A stretch of 64,000 nucleotides of DNA, taken from a virus. This document shows positions 54,301 to 63,710 of this stretch, piece by piece. Position 1 is the first letter of the stretch. The number at the start of each line of letters is the position of its first letter. Location of the stretch: positions 32,001 to 96,000 of IMG/VR virus record IMGVR_UViG_3300012000_000002. One strand, given 5' to 3'. A program made the translations under genes and the position numbers. Below the pieces are notes generated by a model. It was not told the DNA's origin. It did not search any database and worked only from the letters and a program-made list of their open reading frames with translations.

Positions 54301-54704
54301 AGTTTCATGCCAGTGTTATTGAAGACATTATTTTGAATTGTAGAAACTTTGGTGGTCATGCATCAGAACGTAAACTTCGTGAGGTTCTTGGAGCCAAACG
54401 TTATGCAATTTACGTTGGTGATAGAAGAGATATGGTATTGGTTGATGCTGAACGTTATATGAAAGAAGCATTTCAACGTGGACAATCAACAAATCAAATT
54501 GTACCAATGACTCTTCATCCAAAAGCATTTGAAAAAATCATGTATTTTTTCGATTTGTATTCTGGATATGATACCGAAGCCAAGCTAAGACAGTCTTTGG
54601 TTAGTATGGATTTTACTCCATACGAACGTAAGCTTGGAGGAAGTCACGATACCATTCTTGTTCTTACGGAAGATTATACTAAGGCATTACAAGGATCACC
54701 ATGA
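54297..54704 (+). CDS. Hypothetical protein
   Basis: Coupled operon gene. Confidence 0.7.
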   Translation: MKFHASVIEDIILNCRNFGGHASERKLREVLGAKRYAIYVGDRRDMVLVDAERYMKEAFQRGQSTNQIVPMTLHPKAFEKIMYFFDLYSGYDTEAKLRQSLVSMDFTPYERKLGGSHDTILVLTEDYTKALQGSP

Positions 54705-55237
54705 GCTTTGCAATCGGACAAGTGATTTATGTTCTTAGCGACAAAACGCAAACTGTTTTGCCGGGAATCGTTCAAGAAGAAATTCATCACCGAACCATTG
54801 ATGGAGAAAAAGTTTCTTATCGTGTTGCTATCGGTCCACCAAACAAACAACGTGTTGTAGACCTTGCAACCGTTGATGGTGAAGTATATGGAAATCTAGA
54901 CGAAATCCGAAACGTTTTAATCGCTCGTCTTACTGCGTTTGTTGACGATCTTTGTAACACAACAAACGAAAGAGTTAATCAATGGTATCACGCTAATACT
55001 AGAACGCAAACAACAACTACAAACAATGGAAAACTTGATCCGGCAGCTTTAATGAACGAAGTAGCTCCTACTAATGGAACAAACGTATATCAAACGCAAC
55101 AAAAACCATTGGTAAATGGAATCGTTAATGGATTAAATGGTTTGAGAACGGCTTTAGCCGATCCAGACCTAAACACTCGTGAATTCATCGACGCTGACGG
55201 AACAATCCGCAAAATTTCAATCAACATACCACAGTGA
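54701..55237 (+). CDS. Hypothetical protein
   Basis: Coupled operon gene. Confidence 0.7.
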   Translation: MSFAIGQVIYVLSDKTQTVLPGIVQEEIHHRTIDGEKVSYRVAIGPPNKQRVVDLATVDGEVYGNLDEIRNVLIARLTAFVDDLCNTTNERVNQWYHANTRTQTTTTNNGKLDPAALMNEVAPTNGTNVYQTQQKPLVNGIVNGLNGLRTALADPDLNTREFIDADGTIRKISINIPQ

Positions 55238-56964
55238 AACATATGAACAAAAACGTTGAAAACGATTCGAATAGCCAAGAAGTTACATTTGGTCAAGATG
55301 CACACGAACAGCTTTTAGCTGGTGCCGCAATACTTTATAAAGCTGTTAAAAGCACAATGGGTCCAAGTGGTCATAACGTTATTATCGATAACGGACAAAC
55401 AGCACCGTTGATTACAAAAGACGGTGTAACTGTTGCAAAGAGTATTAATCTCAAAGCTAAACTTCCAAGCTTGGGTGCTGAACTTATAAAAGAAGTAGCT
55501 AGCAAAACAAACGAACTTGCTGGTGATGGTACCACCACTGCTACCGTTCTTGGCTATGCCATGCTTCAGCAAGGTATTAAAATGACTGCCACAGGACGTT
55601 CTGCAATTGAAATCAAACGTGGAATGGAATGGGCAACAAATAAAGTTATTGATTGGTTAAAGCAACACGCTATATCAATTCGTAACAACGAAGATATCGT
55701 TAACATTGGAACCATTTCTGCTAACGGAGACAGATCGATTGGTGAACTTCTTTGTGATGCAATCTCGAAAGTAGGACAAGACGGTATCATCACAATCGAA
55801 CCAGCGAAAAGCGTTAAGACAACATTAGACGTTGTTGAAGGTATGCAGTTTGATTCTGGTTTTGTTAGTCCTTATTTCGTAACAAACCAAGAAAAGATGT
55901 CAGCAGAGTTAACCGATCCTTACATCTTAATCACCAACAAAAAGATATCTTCGCTTCAAGAAATTCTTCCTGTGTTGGAACTTGCAGCCAACGCCAGCAA
56001 GCCTCTTTTAATCATTGGTGATGAAATTGAAGGTGAAGCTCTTCACACAATGATTGTTAACAAGATGAAAGGAGTTCTTTTCACTTGTGCAGTCAAAGCT
56101 CCAAGTTACGGTGAAAATCGTACAGATATTCTTTCTGATATTGCTCTTGTAACTGGCGGCAAAGTTTTTGATGCTAGTTCAGAAAAGCAAATCAAGAATG
56201 CTGTACTTTCTGATCTTGGAAAATGCAAACGAGCTATTATCACCAAAGGATCAACAACTCTTGTAGGTGATGATACAAGCCGTAAAGATCTTATTGCTGA
56301 ACGTGTTGAACAACTAAGAAATCTTCTTTTGGCTAATGTTGGAATCGATGATCTTAAACGTGAAAACACAAAAAAGCGTCTTGCCAAACTTGCTGGAGGT
56401 ATCGCCGTTATCAAAGTTGGTGGAAGTACAGAAGTTGAAATCTTTGAAAAGAAAGATCGTGTTGAAGACGCTTTAAATGCCACCATAGCGGCTGTTCAAG
56501 AAGGAATCCTTCCCGGTGGTGGTACAGCTCTTTTCTACGCCTCAGAATGGCTGCAAAGAGAAATGCAAAGCACTTCTGAATTCACAGAAGATGAACTAGC
56601 TGGAGTAAAGGTTATATACGAAGCTTGTCGTCAACCTTTAAGAGTTATTGTGGAAAACACAGGTAAGAGTGCTGATGTTGTAATGAACGAACTACGTTCA
56701 TATGACAATAAAAAGCTTGTTAGCTTTCTTCATGATCTTGCTGGAGATACAAACCGTCCAGAAGAATTAGTTGAAAAGAAAGCAGAGATACTATTAAGCA
56801 AACGTTTACGTCAAGGATATGATGCAAGTCGTCATACGTATTGCGACTTGATTGAACATGGTGTAATCGATCCTCTTAAAGTTGAACGTTATGCTATTGA
56901 ACATGCTTGTTCGGTGGTTGGGTTGTTGCTTACCACAAACTGTGTTGTAGTTGTAGAAAATTGA
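55234..56964 (+). CDS. groEL: Chaperonin GroEL
   Basis: TMGP.G.NV; ITKDGVTVAK; AGDGTTTAT; EGMQFD.G; KAP.YG; RLAKLAGG; RVEDAL.AT.AA..EG..PGGG; GVIDP. Confidence 0.95.
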   Translation: MKHMNKNVENDSNSQEVTFGQDAHEQLLAGAAILYKAVKSTMGPSGHNVIIDNGQTAPLITKDGVTVAKSINLKAKLPSLGAELIKEVASKTNELAGDGTTTATVLGYAMLQQGIKMTATGRSAIEIKRGMEWATNKVIDWLKQHAISIRNNEDIVNIGTISANGDRSIGELLCDAISKVGQDGIITIEPAKSVKTTLDVVEGMQFDSGFVSPYFVTNQEKMSAELTDPYILITNKKISSLQEILPVLELAANASKPLLIIGDEIEGEALHTMIVNKMKGVLFTCAVKAPSYGENRTDILSDIALVTGGKVFDASSEKQIKNAVLSDLGKCKRAIITKGSTTLVGDDTSRKDLIAERVEQLRNLLLANVGIDDLKRENTKKRLAKLAGGIAVIKVGGSTEVEIFEKKDRVEDALNATIAAVQEGILPGGGTALFYASEWLQREMQSTSEFTEDELAGVKVIYEACRQPLRVIVENTGKSADVVMNELRSYDNKKLVSFLHDLAGDTNRPEELVEKKAEILLSKRLRQGYDASRHTYCDLIEHGVIDPLKVERYAIEHACSVVGLLLTTNCVVVVEN

Positions 56965-56977
56965 AAGGAATGATATC

Positions 56978-57331
56978 ATGGCTAAAGGAGATCATGTTAG
57001 AGTAGGTCACGGCAGTACAGTTCATGGAATCGCACCAGACAACGTACCCGTTTATGAACTTGAAAAAGATGAATGGGGAAATGTTCGCTGCGATATCAAT
57101 GGATGTGCATTTCCAAGACCTGTTGGTGGAGTAAAAGGAGGTTCAGCAGCTACAATTGCTGGTGACCCCATTAAAGTCCAACGTGGATATGTTGAACGTA
57201 TGAGCGAAAGCACTAAATCATTTGGTGGTGCTGACTTTGTAATGCTGTTTCCTGTTTATTTCACTCACTATCAAAAAACAGCATACATTCAAGCCAATCA
57301 TATGCATTTAACTCATGGACAACTTACCTAA
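56978..57331 (+). CDS. Hypothetical protein downstream of GroEL
   Basis: 117 aa, AAGGA SD; no GroES motifs recognised. Confidence 0.65.
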   Translation: MAKGDHVRVGHGSTVHGIAPDNVPVYELEKDEWGNVRCDINGCAFPRPVGGVKGGSAATIAGDPIKVQRGYVERMSESTKSFGGADFVMLFPVYFTHYQKTAYIQANHMHLTHGQLT

Positions 57332-57333
57332 AC

Positions 57334-57636
57334 ATGGAACCTAAAAAAGATTGCAAGCTTTGTGAATATGCTCCAGTTATATCTTTGATTGCGTTAGATT
57401 TCGTTGGAGCTTTTAATGGTTTATCGATGAACGTATATTGGTATATGTTTGAAATGATGTTTGCTGCGCTTTATCTAAGACACATAACATCTATCAACGA
57501 TATCTTTACAAGAAAACCAAACGGCTCAATCAAATATAAACCACATGGAATATTGCTTGCTATTATGTTTGGAATATCAATGAGAACATTGATTATGCTT
57601 TCCTTCTCTTCTATTGGTTATGTTCCACAAGGTTGA
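57334..57636 (+). CDS. Membrane protein (3 TM)
   Basis: Three hydrophobic segments. Confidence 0.6.
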   Translation: MEPKKDCKLCEYAPVISLIALDFVGAFNGLSMNVYWYMFEMMFAALYLRHITSINDIFTRKPNGSIKYKPHGILLAIMFGISMRTLIMLSFSSIGYVPQG

Positions 57637-57642
57637 TAATAA

Positions 57643-57909
57643 ATGTTACCTCCTATAACCGAACAAGAAAAAGCTGTATATACTCTTAAATTACAACTAC
57701 AAAAAGCTACTGAAGAGCTTTTAGCTGAAGCTTATGAGTCTGGATATAACGGTTACATTGATATATGGCCTATTGTTACCAACAACAAAAAGCAGTTGAT
57801 ATTAGAAGTGTCTAGCAAAAAGGTATTAGTTGCTTCATCTGGTTTAAGTCATAACGAAGCAATGCGATATCATGTGCAACAAGGCAAGGGTTGCAAGCGC
57901 ATTAAATAA
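57643..57909 (+). CDS. Hypothetical protein
   Basis: 88-aa ORF. Confidence 0.6.
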   Translation: MLPPITEQEKAVYTLKLQLQKATEELLAEAYESGYNGYIDIWPIVTNNKKQLILEVSSKKVLVASSGLSHNEAMRYHVQQGKGCKRIK

Positions 57910-57912
57910 CTC

Positions 57913-57941
57913 TTGACTTTTGGTATTAATGCTTGTACCCT
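57913..57941 (+). promoter_or_regulatory. Sigma70-type promoter for the primase
   Basis: TTGACT-17-TACCCT, 7 nt before the in-frame ATG at 57949. Confidence 0.55.
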
Positions 57942-57948
57942 ATGTACA

Positions 57949-58908
57949 ATGCATACACAAGGTCAAGCAATTACATTTATTGAACGTTGCTTTGGTCCAG
58001 CAAAACTTACAAACGCTGGATTGAATGCAAACGTTTGTTGTCCTGTATGCGGAGATACAGACAAAAAGAAACTTGCTATTCGTACCGATAACTGGTTAAC
58101 AAAATGTTGGAAGTGTGGTTACAAAGCAAGAAGCATTTATGGTCTATTAAGGCGTTATAAGCCCGTACAAGCCGAAGAGTTTATCACTCAGTTCGATGGT
58201 GCATCTCTTGTCTCTGACGCCGAAGAAAATGCCTTTAAAAAGGAACTAGAGGTACTTCAATTACCAACAGGGTTTCAGCTATTAGCGGAGTGGTTAGATA
58301 ATGAAGATACTCCAGCTCATATCAGACAAGCAACGAAATATCTTGAAAGTCGTGGACTAACAGAACGTGATTTTTGGTATTTCAAGTTTGGTGTAACGGA
58401 CTTAGATAAATCTTATAAGAATCGTGTTATTGTTCCTTCGCACGATATAGAAGGTAACTTAAACTTCTTTACCGCAAGAACCTACAAAAGCTTTATCAAA
58501 CCAAAGTATTTCAATCCAAGGTTTCGTAGAGAAACTGTTGTGTTTAATGAAATCAATATCGATTGGGAAGAAGAACTAACAATTGTTGAAGGGCCATTCG
58601 ATATGTTCAAGGTAAATGACAACGCAACTTGTTTGTTGGGAAAAGAACTTACAAAGCAATGTGCATTGTTTCAAGCTATTGTATCTCATAACACGCCTGT
58701 ATTGCTTTGCTTGGACAACGATGCATTAAGAGCAACGCTAGATACCGCCAAGCTGTTGTATGAATATAACATCAACGTAAAGATATTAGAACTTCCCGAA
58801 GATATTAAAGACCCCGGCGAAATATCAAAAAAACGATTTTTAGAGTTGCGTGAAACAAACAGTGTAGAATTTGATGAAATGTATTACTTGAGAAACATTA
58901 TCAAGTAG
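57949..58908 (+). CDS. dnaG: DNA primase (Zn finger + TOPRIM)
   Basis: CPVC..; CWKC; RVIVP; F.AR; KY.N; VEGPFD; LDND; KDP. Confidence 0.85.
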   Translation: MHTQGQAITFIERCFGPAKLTNAGLNANVCCPVCGDTDKKKLAIRTDNWLTKCWKCGYKARSIYGLLRRYKPVQAEEFITQFDGASLVSDAEENAFKKELEVLQLPTGFQLLAEWLDNEDTPAHIRQATKYLESRGLTERDFWYFKFGVTDLDKSYKNRVIVPSHDIEGNLNFFTARTYKSFIKPKYFNPRFRRETVVFNEINIDWEEELTIVEGPFDMFKVNDNATCLLGKELTKQCALFQAIVSHNTPVLLCLDNDALRATLDTAKLLYEYNINVKILELPEDIKDPGEISKKRFLELRETNSVEFDEMYYLRNIIK

Positions 58909-58934
58909 TATATGCTTGACTCTGGAGAAACCTT

Positions 58935-61900
58935 ATGCCTAAGTTTGCCTTTGTTTCTGATATTCACTGGAGAGGTATCACTCGTCACGATGAATATTCT
59001 CAGGTATTTACCGAACTTTTTCGTCAATTGCGAGAAGAAGTTAAACCAGATTATATTCTTTGTGGGGGTGATATCTTTCACACCAAAACTCAAGGTATTA
59101 CACCAGAAGTAATCGATAAAATCACATGGATGTTTAATGAACTTGCATCCATTGCTCCTGTGTATTCCATTCTTGGTAACCACGACGGTAACTTAACCAA
59201 CGATAACCGTCAAGATACCATTTCTCCTATTGTTGCCGCAATCAACAATCCAAGAATCACTTTGTTCAAAAAGAGTGGAAACCAAATCATTCCAAAAACA
59301 AACATAAACCTATGTGTTCTATCATGTTTTGATGAAGCTGGATGGAACAACGTTCAAACAGATCATGACTTAATCAACATTGCAATGTTTCACGGCTCTG
59401 TAAGAGGCTGTGCAACAGATAGCGATTGGGTTATGACTCATGGAGAAGCTGAAATCTCTATGTTTGAACGCTTTGATTTTGCTTTGCTGGGAGATATTCA
59501 CAAGCAACAGTTTCTTGGTTATCGTTCACACGATGGTATTACAAGAGATATGAAACCTTGGATTGGGTATCCCGGCTCTCTAATCCAGCAAAACTATGGT
59601 GAAGACATTGTTAAAGGATATCACGTTTGGGATATTCGTTCTGCTGATGATTGGGATGTAACTTTTCATCAAGTGCAAAACGATTATCAGTTTATCACCG
59701 TTGATTGGAAAGGTGATGTAGCTTCTACCGTATCAGAAGCATTAAAAGTTGCAGGGAAAACCTTGCAACATAAACGTGTTCGTATTGTTTCAGATCAAAC
59801 AGTGTTTCATCTTCAAATGAAAGAACTGTATGATGAACTCAAGAACAAGCACAAAGCTTCCGAGGTTGTGTTTAAAGCGGGTAAAAACGAAAATATCAGC
59901 GAAAGTGGATCTGATGAAGATACACATCAAAAAGCAACAAGTCTGCGTAATGCACCAGAAGTGCTTTGTGAACTTTATGATTCGTTTATCGATAAAGACT
60001 ATAAGATTGCGTTGTCTTTGGAGCAAAGAGAACAAGCAAAAACGCACATTCAAAAGTCTTTGGAAAAAGTACGTCAATCAGAAGATGATGTAGCCAGAGA
60101 TGTTGTGTGGTCTATCAAAGAAATGCAGTTCTCTAATCTATATCGTTATGGAGAACATAACTACATCAACTTTTCTAACCTTAGTGGGATTACAGGTATC
60201 TTTGGACCAAACAAAGTTGGCAAAAGTTCTATCGTTGGCTCTCTTATGTTTGGGTTGTTCAACACCACAGATCGTGGCCCTGTAAAAAGTGCTTATATCA
60301 TCAACAAAAACAAGCGTGAAGGTTATTCCCGTATTACCTTGAATGTTTCTGGGGTAGACTATGTTGTTGAACGTAGTGTTGCTAAAGCTTCAAAACGTGG
60401 CGGCAGATTCGATGATGAAAAAGCAGCAACAAAGCTATGTTTATCTCGTTTGGAAAGCGATGGAACAGAAGTAGAACTTGTATCCGAAAACAGTGAATCC
60501 AGAACAGATACCGACAAAGTTATTCGTAAGCTTATTGGTACATCACAAGACTTTTTGCTTACTGCTTTTTCAAACCAAGGCGGCATGAATCGTTTTATCG
60601 ATGAAGGTGCAACTCAACGTAAAGCTATTCTCAATCGTTTTCTTGATCTCGATATCTTTGAAAAGCTTTACAAGATGGGAAATGAAGAGCTTCAAGGATT
60701 TAACGTTCTTAGCAACAAGTTCCGTAACGTAAACTGGAACGAAGCAAAGAATGAATGTGAAGCTTCAATTGCTGCTTGCAACCAAGATATTCTTCTAGCA
60801 AAAGACGAGTTAGACACAAAGCAATCAAAGCGTGAAAAGCTTCGTGGCTGGTTGCAACAACATGGTGCAGACAAGCAAGCTGATTTACGTCGAAAGACTG
60901 TTGACGCTTTTGACAAGGTAGAACGAGTGCAAGGCAAGCTTGCGATGCGTCAAGTTGAAGTTGACAATCACAAACAAACTTGTGAACAGCTTAAGCAACG
61001 CATTGAAGATATAAACAACGAAATAGCTAGTGTGCAACTTGCTGATCTTGAATCAAAAGCATCAAGGCTAAAAAGCCTTGGTCAACAATACAACGATCTA
61101 AAAGTTGAAGTTTCTCAAGAACAACAAAAGCTTGTTGCTCAAGTTAAAAGCATCAAAAAGCTTGATGTTGTTCCTTGTGGTGATTCATTTCCAACTTGTC
61201 ATTATATCAAAGACAGTCATGCCGACAAAGCTTCGCATGAAGCTCAAAAGAAAATCGTGGAAGATATTCTTGCAGCATACGAAGCAATGAAAACTGATTT
61301 TGAGTCTCTTCAACAAGAAAAGATTGAAGAGCAAATCAAGTCATACAATCGTTGGGAAAAAGAGCTTGAAACCAAGCAACAACAACTACAGTTTACAGAA
61401 ACCTTGTTGAAAGGTAGCTTGGATGCTATTGGAAATCTCCAGCAAGAACTTGAAGCAATAAAAGCAGAACACAAAACTCTTGTAGATGAATTAAACAAGC
61501 AAGAAGATCTTGGAGCAGCTATCGAAGAAGAAAAAGCGTTGGCAACTGTTATAAAAGATATAGAGTCAAAGCTTCAACAACTTTATGTTAAGCTTGGAGG
61601 ATATAACAACAAACTTGAACAACTAAACAAAGAATCAGAAGATGCGGCAAAGATTATCAAAGAGCAAAAAGTATATGACTCAATTGTTCAAGCATTTTCC
61701 AAGAACGGTATTCCGGCTTATGTGTTGAAGAACAAGCTCCCAGAAATCAATTCAGAGTTAAACAACATTCTTGCTGGTATTGTTTCATTCCGTATCTTTC
61801 TGGAAACAGAAGTAGGAAGCAACACACTTGATGTGTTTATCGAAGATAAAGACTCTAGAAGGGTTATAGAGCTTGCTAGCGGTATGGAAAAGATGATTGC

Positions 61901-62147
61901 ATCACTTGCTATTAGAGTGGCTCTAATAAGCCTCTCAAGCCTTCCAAAACCTGATATCTTTATCATTGATGAAAGCTTTGGAGCGTTGGATAGTTCGAAC
62001 TGTGCAAAGGTTATTGAGTTACTTCAAACAATCAAAAACAGGTTTAAGAGCATTCTGATAATCTCTCACGTTGAAGAGATTAAAGAAGCTGCAAGTAACA
62101 TTGTAACGATTTATGACAATGGAACAGAAAGCAGTGTTAACTGCTGA
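58935..62147 (+). CDS. Fused SbcD(Mre11)-SbcC(Rad50) nuclease/ATPase
   Basis: SDIH, GDIFH, GNHD, FHG, GDIH, YPGS; Walker A GPNKVGKSS; coiled coil with PCGDSFPTC; ASGME; IIDESFGALD; ISH. Confidence 0.92.
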   Translation: MPKFAFVSDIHWRGITRHDEYSQVFTELFRQLREEVKPDYILCGGDIFHTKTQGITPEVIDKITWMFNELASIAPVYSILGNHDGNLTNDNRQDTISPIVAAINNPRITLFKKSGNQIIPKTNINLCVLSCFDEAGWNNVQTDHDLINIAMFHGSVRGCATDSDWVMTHGEAEISMFERFDFALLGDIHKQQFLGYRSHDGITRDMKPWIGYPGSLIQQNYGEDIVKGYHVWDIRSADDWDVTFHQVQNDYQFITVDWKGDVASTVSEALKVAGKTLQHKRVRIVSDQTVFHLQMKELYDELKNKHKASEVVFKAGKNENISESGSDEDTHQKATSLRNAPEVLCELYDSFIDKDYKIALSLEQREQAKTHIQKSLEKVRQSEDDVARDVVWSIKEMQFSNLYRYGEHNYINFSNLSGITGIFGPNKVGKSSIVGSLMFGLFNTTDRGPVKSAYIINKNKREGYSRITLNVSGVDYVVERSVAKASKRGGRFDDEKAATKLCLSRLESDGTEVELVSENSESRTDTDKVIRKLIGTSQDFLLTAFSNQGGMNRFIDEGATQRKAILNRFLDLDIFEKLYKMGNEELQGFNVLSNKFRNVNWNEAKNECEASIAACNQDILLAKDELDTKQSKREKLRGWLQQHGADKQADLRRKTVDAFDKVERVQGKLAMRQVEVDNHKQTCEQLKQRIEDINNEIASVQLADLESKASRLKSLGQQYNDLKVEVSQEQQKLVAQVKSIKKLDVVPCGDSFPTCHYIKDSHADKASHEAQKKIVEDILAAYEAMKTDFESLQQEKIEEQIKSYNRWEKELETKQQQLQFTETLLKGSLDAIGNLQQELEAIKAEHKTLVDELNKQEDLGAAIEEEKALATVIKDIESKLQQLYVKLGGYNNKLEQLNKESEDAAKIIKEQKVYDSIVQAFSKNGIPAYVLKNKLPEINSELNNILAGIVSFRIFLETEVGSNTLDVFIEDKDSRRVIELASGMEKMIASLAIRVALISLSSLPKPDIFIIDESFGALDSSNCAKVIELLQTIKNRFKSILIISHVEEIKEAASNIVTIYDNGTESSVNC

Positions 62148-62149
62148 TA

Positions 62150-62341
62150 TCACTCTTCGTCTTTTTTAGACTTAGCTTTGCTGCGACGACCGAGTTTTTC
62201 GAAATCATCGCCTGTTAGCTTACCAAAAGGAGGAGCAACATCAAGTTCATCTTGATCTCCTTTTAGTTCATCTTTTTCTTCCATTACTTCTTCAACAGCT
62301 TCACGAATAAGTTGCTTTAGTTGTTTTACTGTAATACGCAT
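62150..62341 (-). CDS. Small putative internal head protein (paralog C)
   Basis: MRITVKQLKQLIREAVEE leader; AGGAG SD; TATATA at 62359-62364. Confidence 0.7.
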   Translation of the reverse strand: MRITVKQLKQLIREAVEEVMEEKDELKGDQDELDVAPPFGKLTGDDFEKLGRRSKAKSKKDEE

Positions 62342-62468
62342 AGATAACTCCTAAACAATATATAGTTTTCGAAATGTCTTTACTTTCAAATATTGATTTG
62401 GCATTATGAGTATGTAGCCGATGGGTGCTACAAAGTTTTTAATCGGTTCATAAAAGAGATACAATAAT

Positions 62469-62753
62469 ATGGCAAAATCAGTTCGTCTATCAGAAGCAGA
62501 TCGTTTTCTTCTTGAAACACTTGGCAAGTTTTGTGTTCGTGCTCGTCATTCAAGCTGGCAAGACCTAACATATTCCAACGATGCAGAGGCTGTTGGTCTA
62601 ATGCGAGAAATGAGTCCACTACTTACTGCATCTGAGTATCGTAACCTTATGGAAGGATGGGGAAACATTCGAATCAACAACGATCAAAAAATGCTAAATG
62701 AAGCTGTAGAACATATTACACAAAGGCTTCAACAGCGTGTAGAATCATACTGA
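62469..62753 (+). CDS. Hypothetical protein
   Basis: 94-aa ORF. Confidence 0.65.
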   Translation: MAKSVRLSEADRFLLETLGKFCVRARHSSWQDLTYSNDAEAVGLMREMSPLLTASEYRNLMEGWGNIRINNDQKMLNEAVEHITQRLQQRVESY

Positions 62754-62806
62754 TTACACTAGTTACATAACACATACGCAAGAGAATGTAAAACTTCTCT
62801 TGTTTC

Positions 62807-62879
62807 GGGCTCATAGCTCAGTTGGTAGAGCGTCAGATTTGCATTCTGAATGTCGCAGGTTCGACTCCTGTTGGGTCCA
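62807..62879 (+). tRNA. tRNA-Ala(UGC)
   Basis: Canonical cloverleaf; G3:U70; A73; anticodon TGC at 62840-62842; CCA not encoded. Confidence 0.92.
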
Positions 62880-62887
62880 CAAACAAA

Positions 62888-62959
62888 ACCATCCTAGCTT
62901 AACTCTTAAAGCCCTATCTTGTTGATGGGAAGATAAAGGTGAAAATCCTTTGGATGGTA
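62888..62959 (+). tRNA. Non-canonical tRNA-like element (anticodon uncertain, UGU by best register)
   Basis: ACCATCC/GGATGGT acceptor; GCTT/AAGC D-stem; AAAGG-TGAAAAT-CCTTT T-arm; loop CTTGTTG. Confidence 0.5.
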
Positions 62960-62961
62960 TT

Positions 62962-63042
62962 GCCGGGTTTGCATAGAGGTCGATTGCACCACTTTTGTAA
63001 AGTGGCATTTAAACACCGTGGGTTCGAATCCCACACTCGGCT
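62962..63042 (+). tRNA. tRNA-Thr(UGU) with a 12-nt variable region
   Basis: GCCGGGT/ACTCGGC acceptor; CCACT-TTTGTAA-AGTGG; GTGGG-TTCGAAT-CCCAC; U73. Confidence 0.8.
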
Positions 63043-63051
63043 TTAAACAAC

Positions 63052-63086
63052 AAAGGCACCAAGGCAATACCTTTGGTGCCTTTTGT
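63052..63086 (+). terminator. Terminator after the tRNA cluster
   Basis: AAAGGCACCAAGG/CCTTTGGTGCCTTT followed by T. Confidence 0.75.
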
Positions 63087-63224
63087 GTTATAAACTGCCT
63101 TTGGCAGTGGTCTAAGGGCCAAAAAGAAGTTTGGTTTTGAGCGCACTATATATATGTAGCCGATTTGGCTTTTGATTTCGCAAAGCGTATGATACGCTAG
63201 AAATCGACAAAAAAGGAAATAAAC

Positions 63225-63710
63225 ATGATTACAGCAGCAGAAGTAATAACTGCAATCCTCGTTTTGTACCCACACATGTCAGGAAATAACCGACAATGCA
63301 TTATGGAACGTCGTTCACAAATCGAACAAGTGCTTGTAGAAGCTCAACGTCAATATCCAGAAATGCCAACCGAGGTATTTGCAACTATTGGCTTTATGGA
63401 AACTCATCTTGGTTGCGATCAAGGTGAAGGTGGCAACTGGGGAGCACCATTGTCTCCTCAACAAAGACATATAGCTGGAGCACCTATCCAAGCAGCTACA
63501 GCATTGTGGCGTTCATATCAAGTATGCGGCACATGGAATGGTGCAGCAAGAAGGTTTAGAACAGGTCTTTGCCGTCCAACAGTTATCGGTACAAGATATT
63601 CAACAATCGCAAATCAAATAACCAACAGAATCAGACTTAATGTTGATTCATCCAGAGAACATTCAAGAAGACTGTGTTTAAACTCTCCAATGGAATGTAG
63701 ACCACTATGA
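63225..63710 (+). CDS. Possible lysozyme-fold/transglycosylase-like protein
   Basis: ATIGFMETHLG (helix-Glu-Thr) resembles the lysozyme-like catalytic segment; AAGGA SD. Confidence 0.4.
   Translation: MITAAEVITAILVLYPHMSGNNRQCIMERRSQIEQVLVEAQRQYPEMPTEVFATIGFMETHLGCDQGEGGNWGAPLSPQQRHIAGAPIQAATALWRSYQVCGTWNGAARRFRTGLCRPTVIGTRYSTIANQITNRIRLNVDSSREHSRRLCLNSPMECRPL

Noticed and set aside
56978-57331. Possible GroES because of its position and size
   Set aside because: No PLxDRV, mobile-loop or G.G motifs recognised; a structure search is needed before excluding it fully
62779-62802. Hairpin CAAGAGAA/TTCTCTTG just before tRNA-Ala
   Set aside because: Cannot tell a terminator from a processing stem, and the U-tract is weak
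63095-63150. tRNA-like D-loop fragment GGCAGTGGTCTAAGG
   Set aside because: No T-arm or acceptor pairing could be built
62411-63164. 12-bp direct repeat TATGTAGCCGAT at 62411 and 63153 flanking the tRNA block
   Set aside because: Only two short copies; could be chance or a promoter-adjacent motif; no integrase or att evidence
62811-63275. Minus-strand ORFs 62811-63008 and 63009-63275
   Set aside because: They overlap the tRNA genes and terminator on the opposite strand
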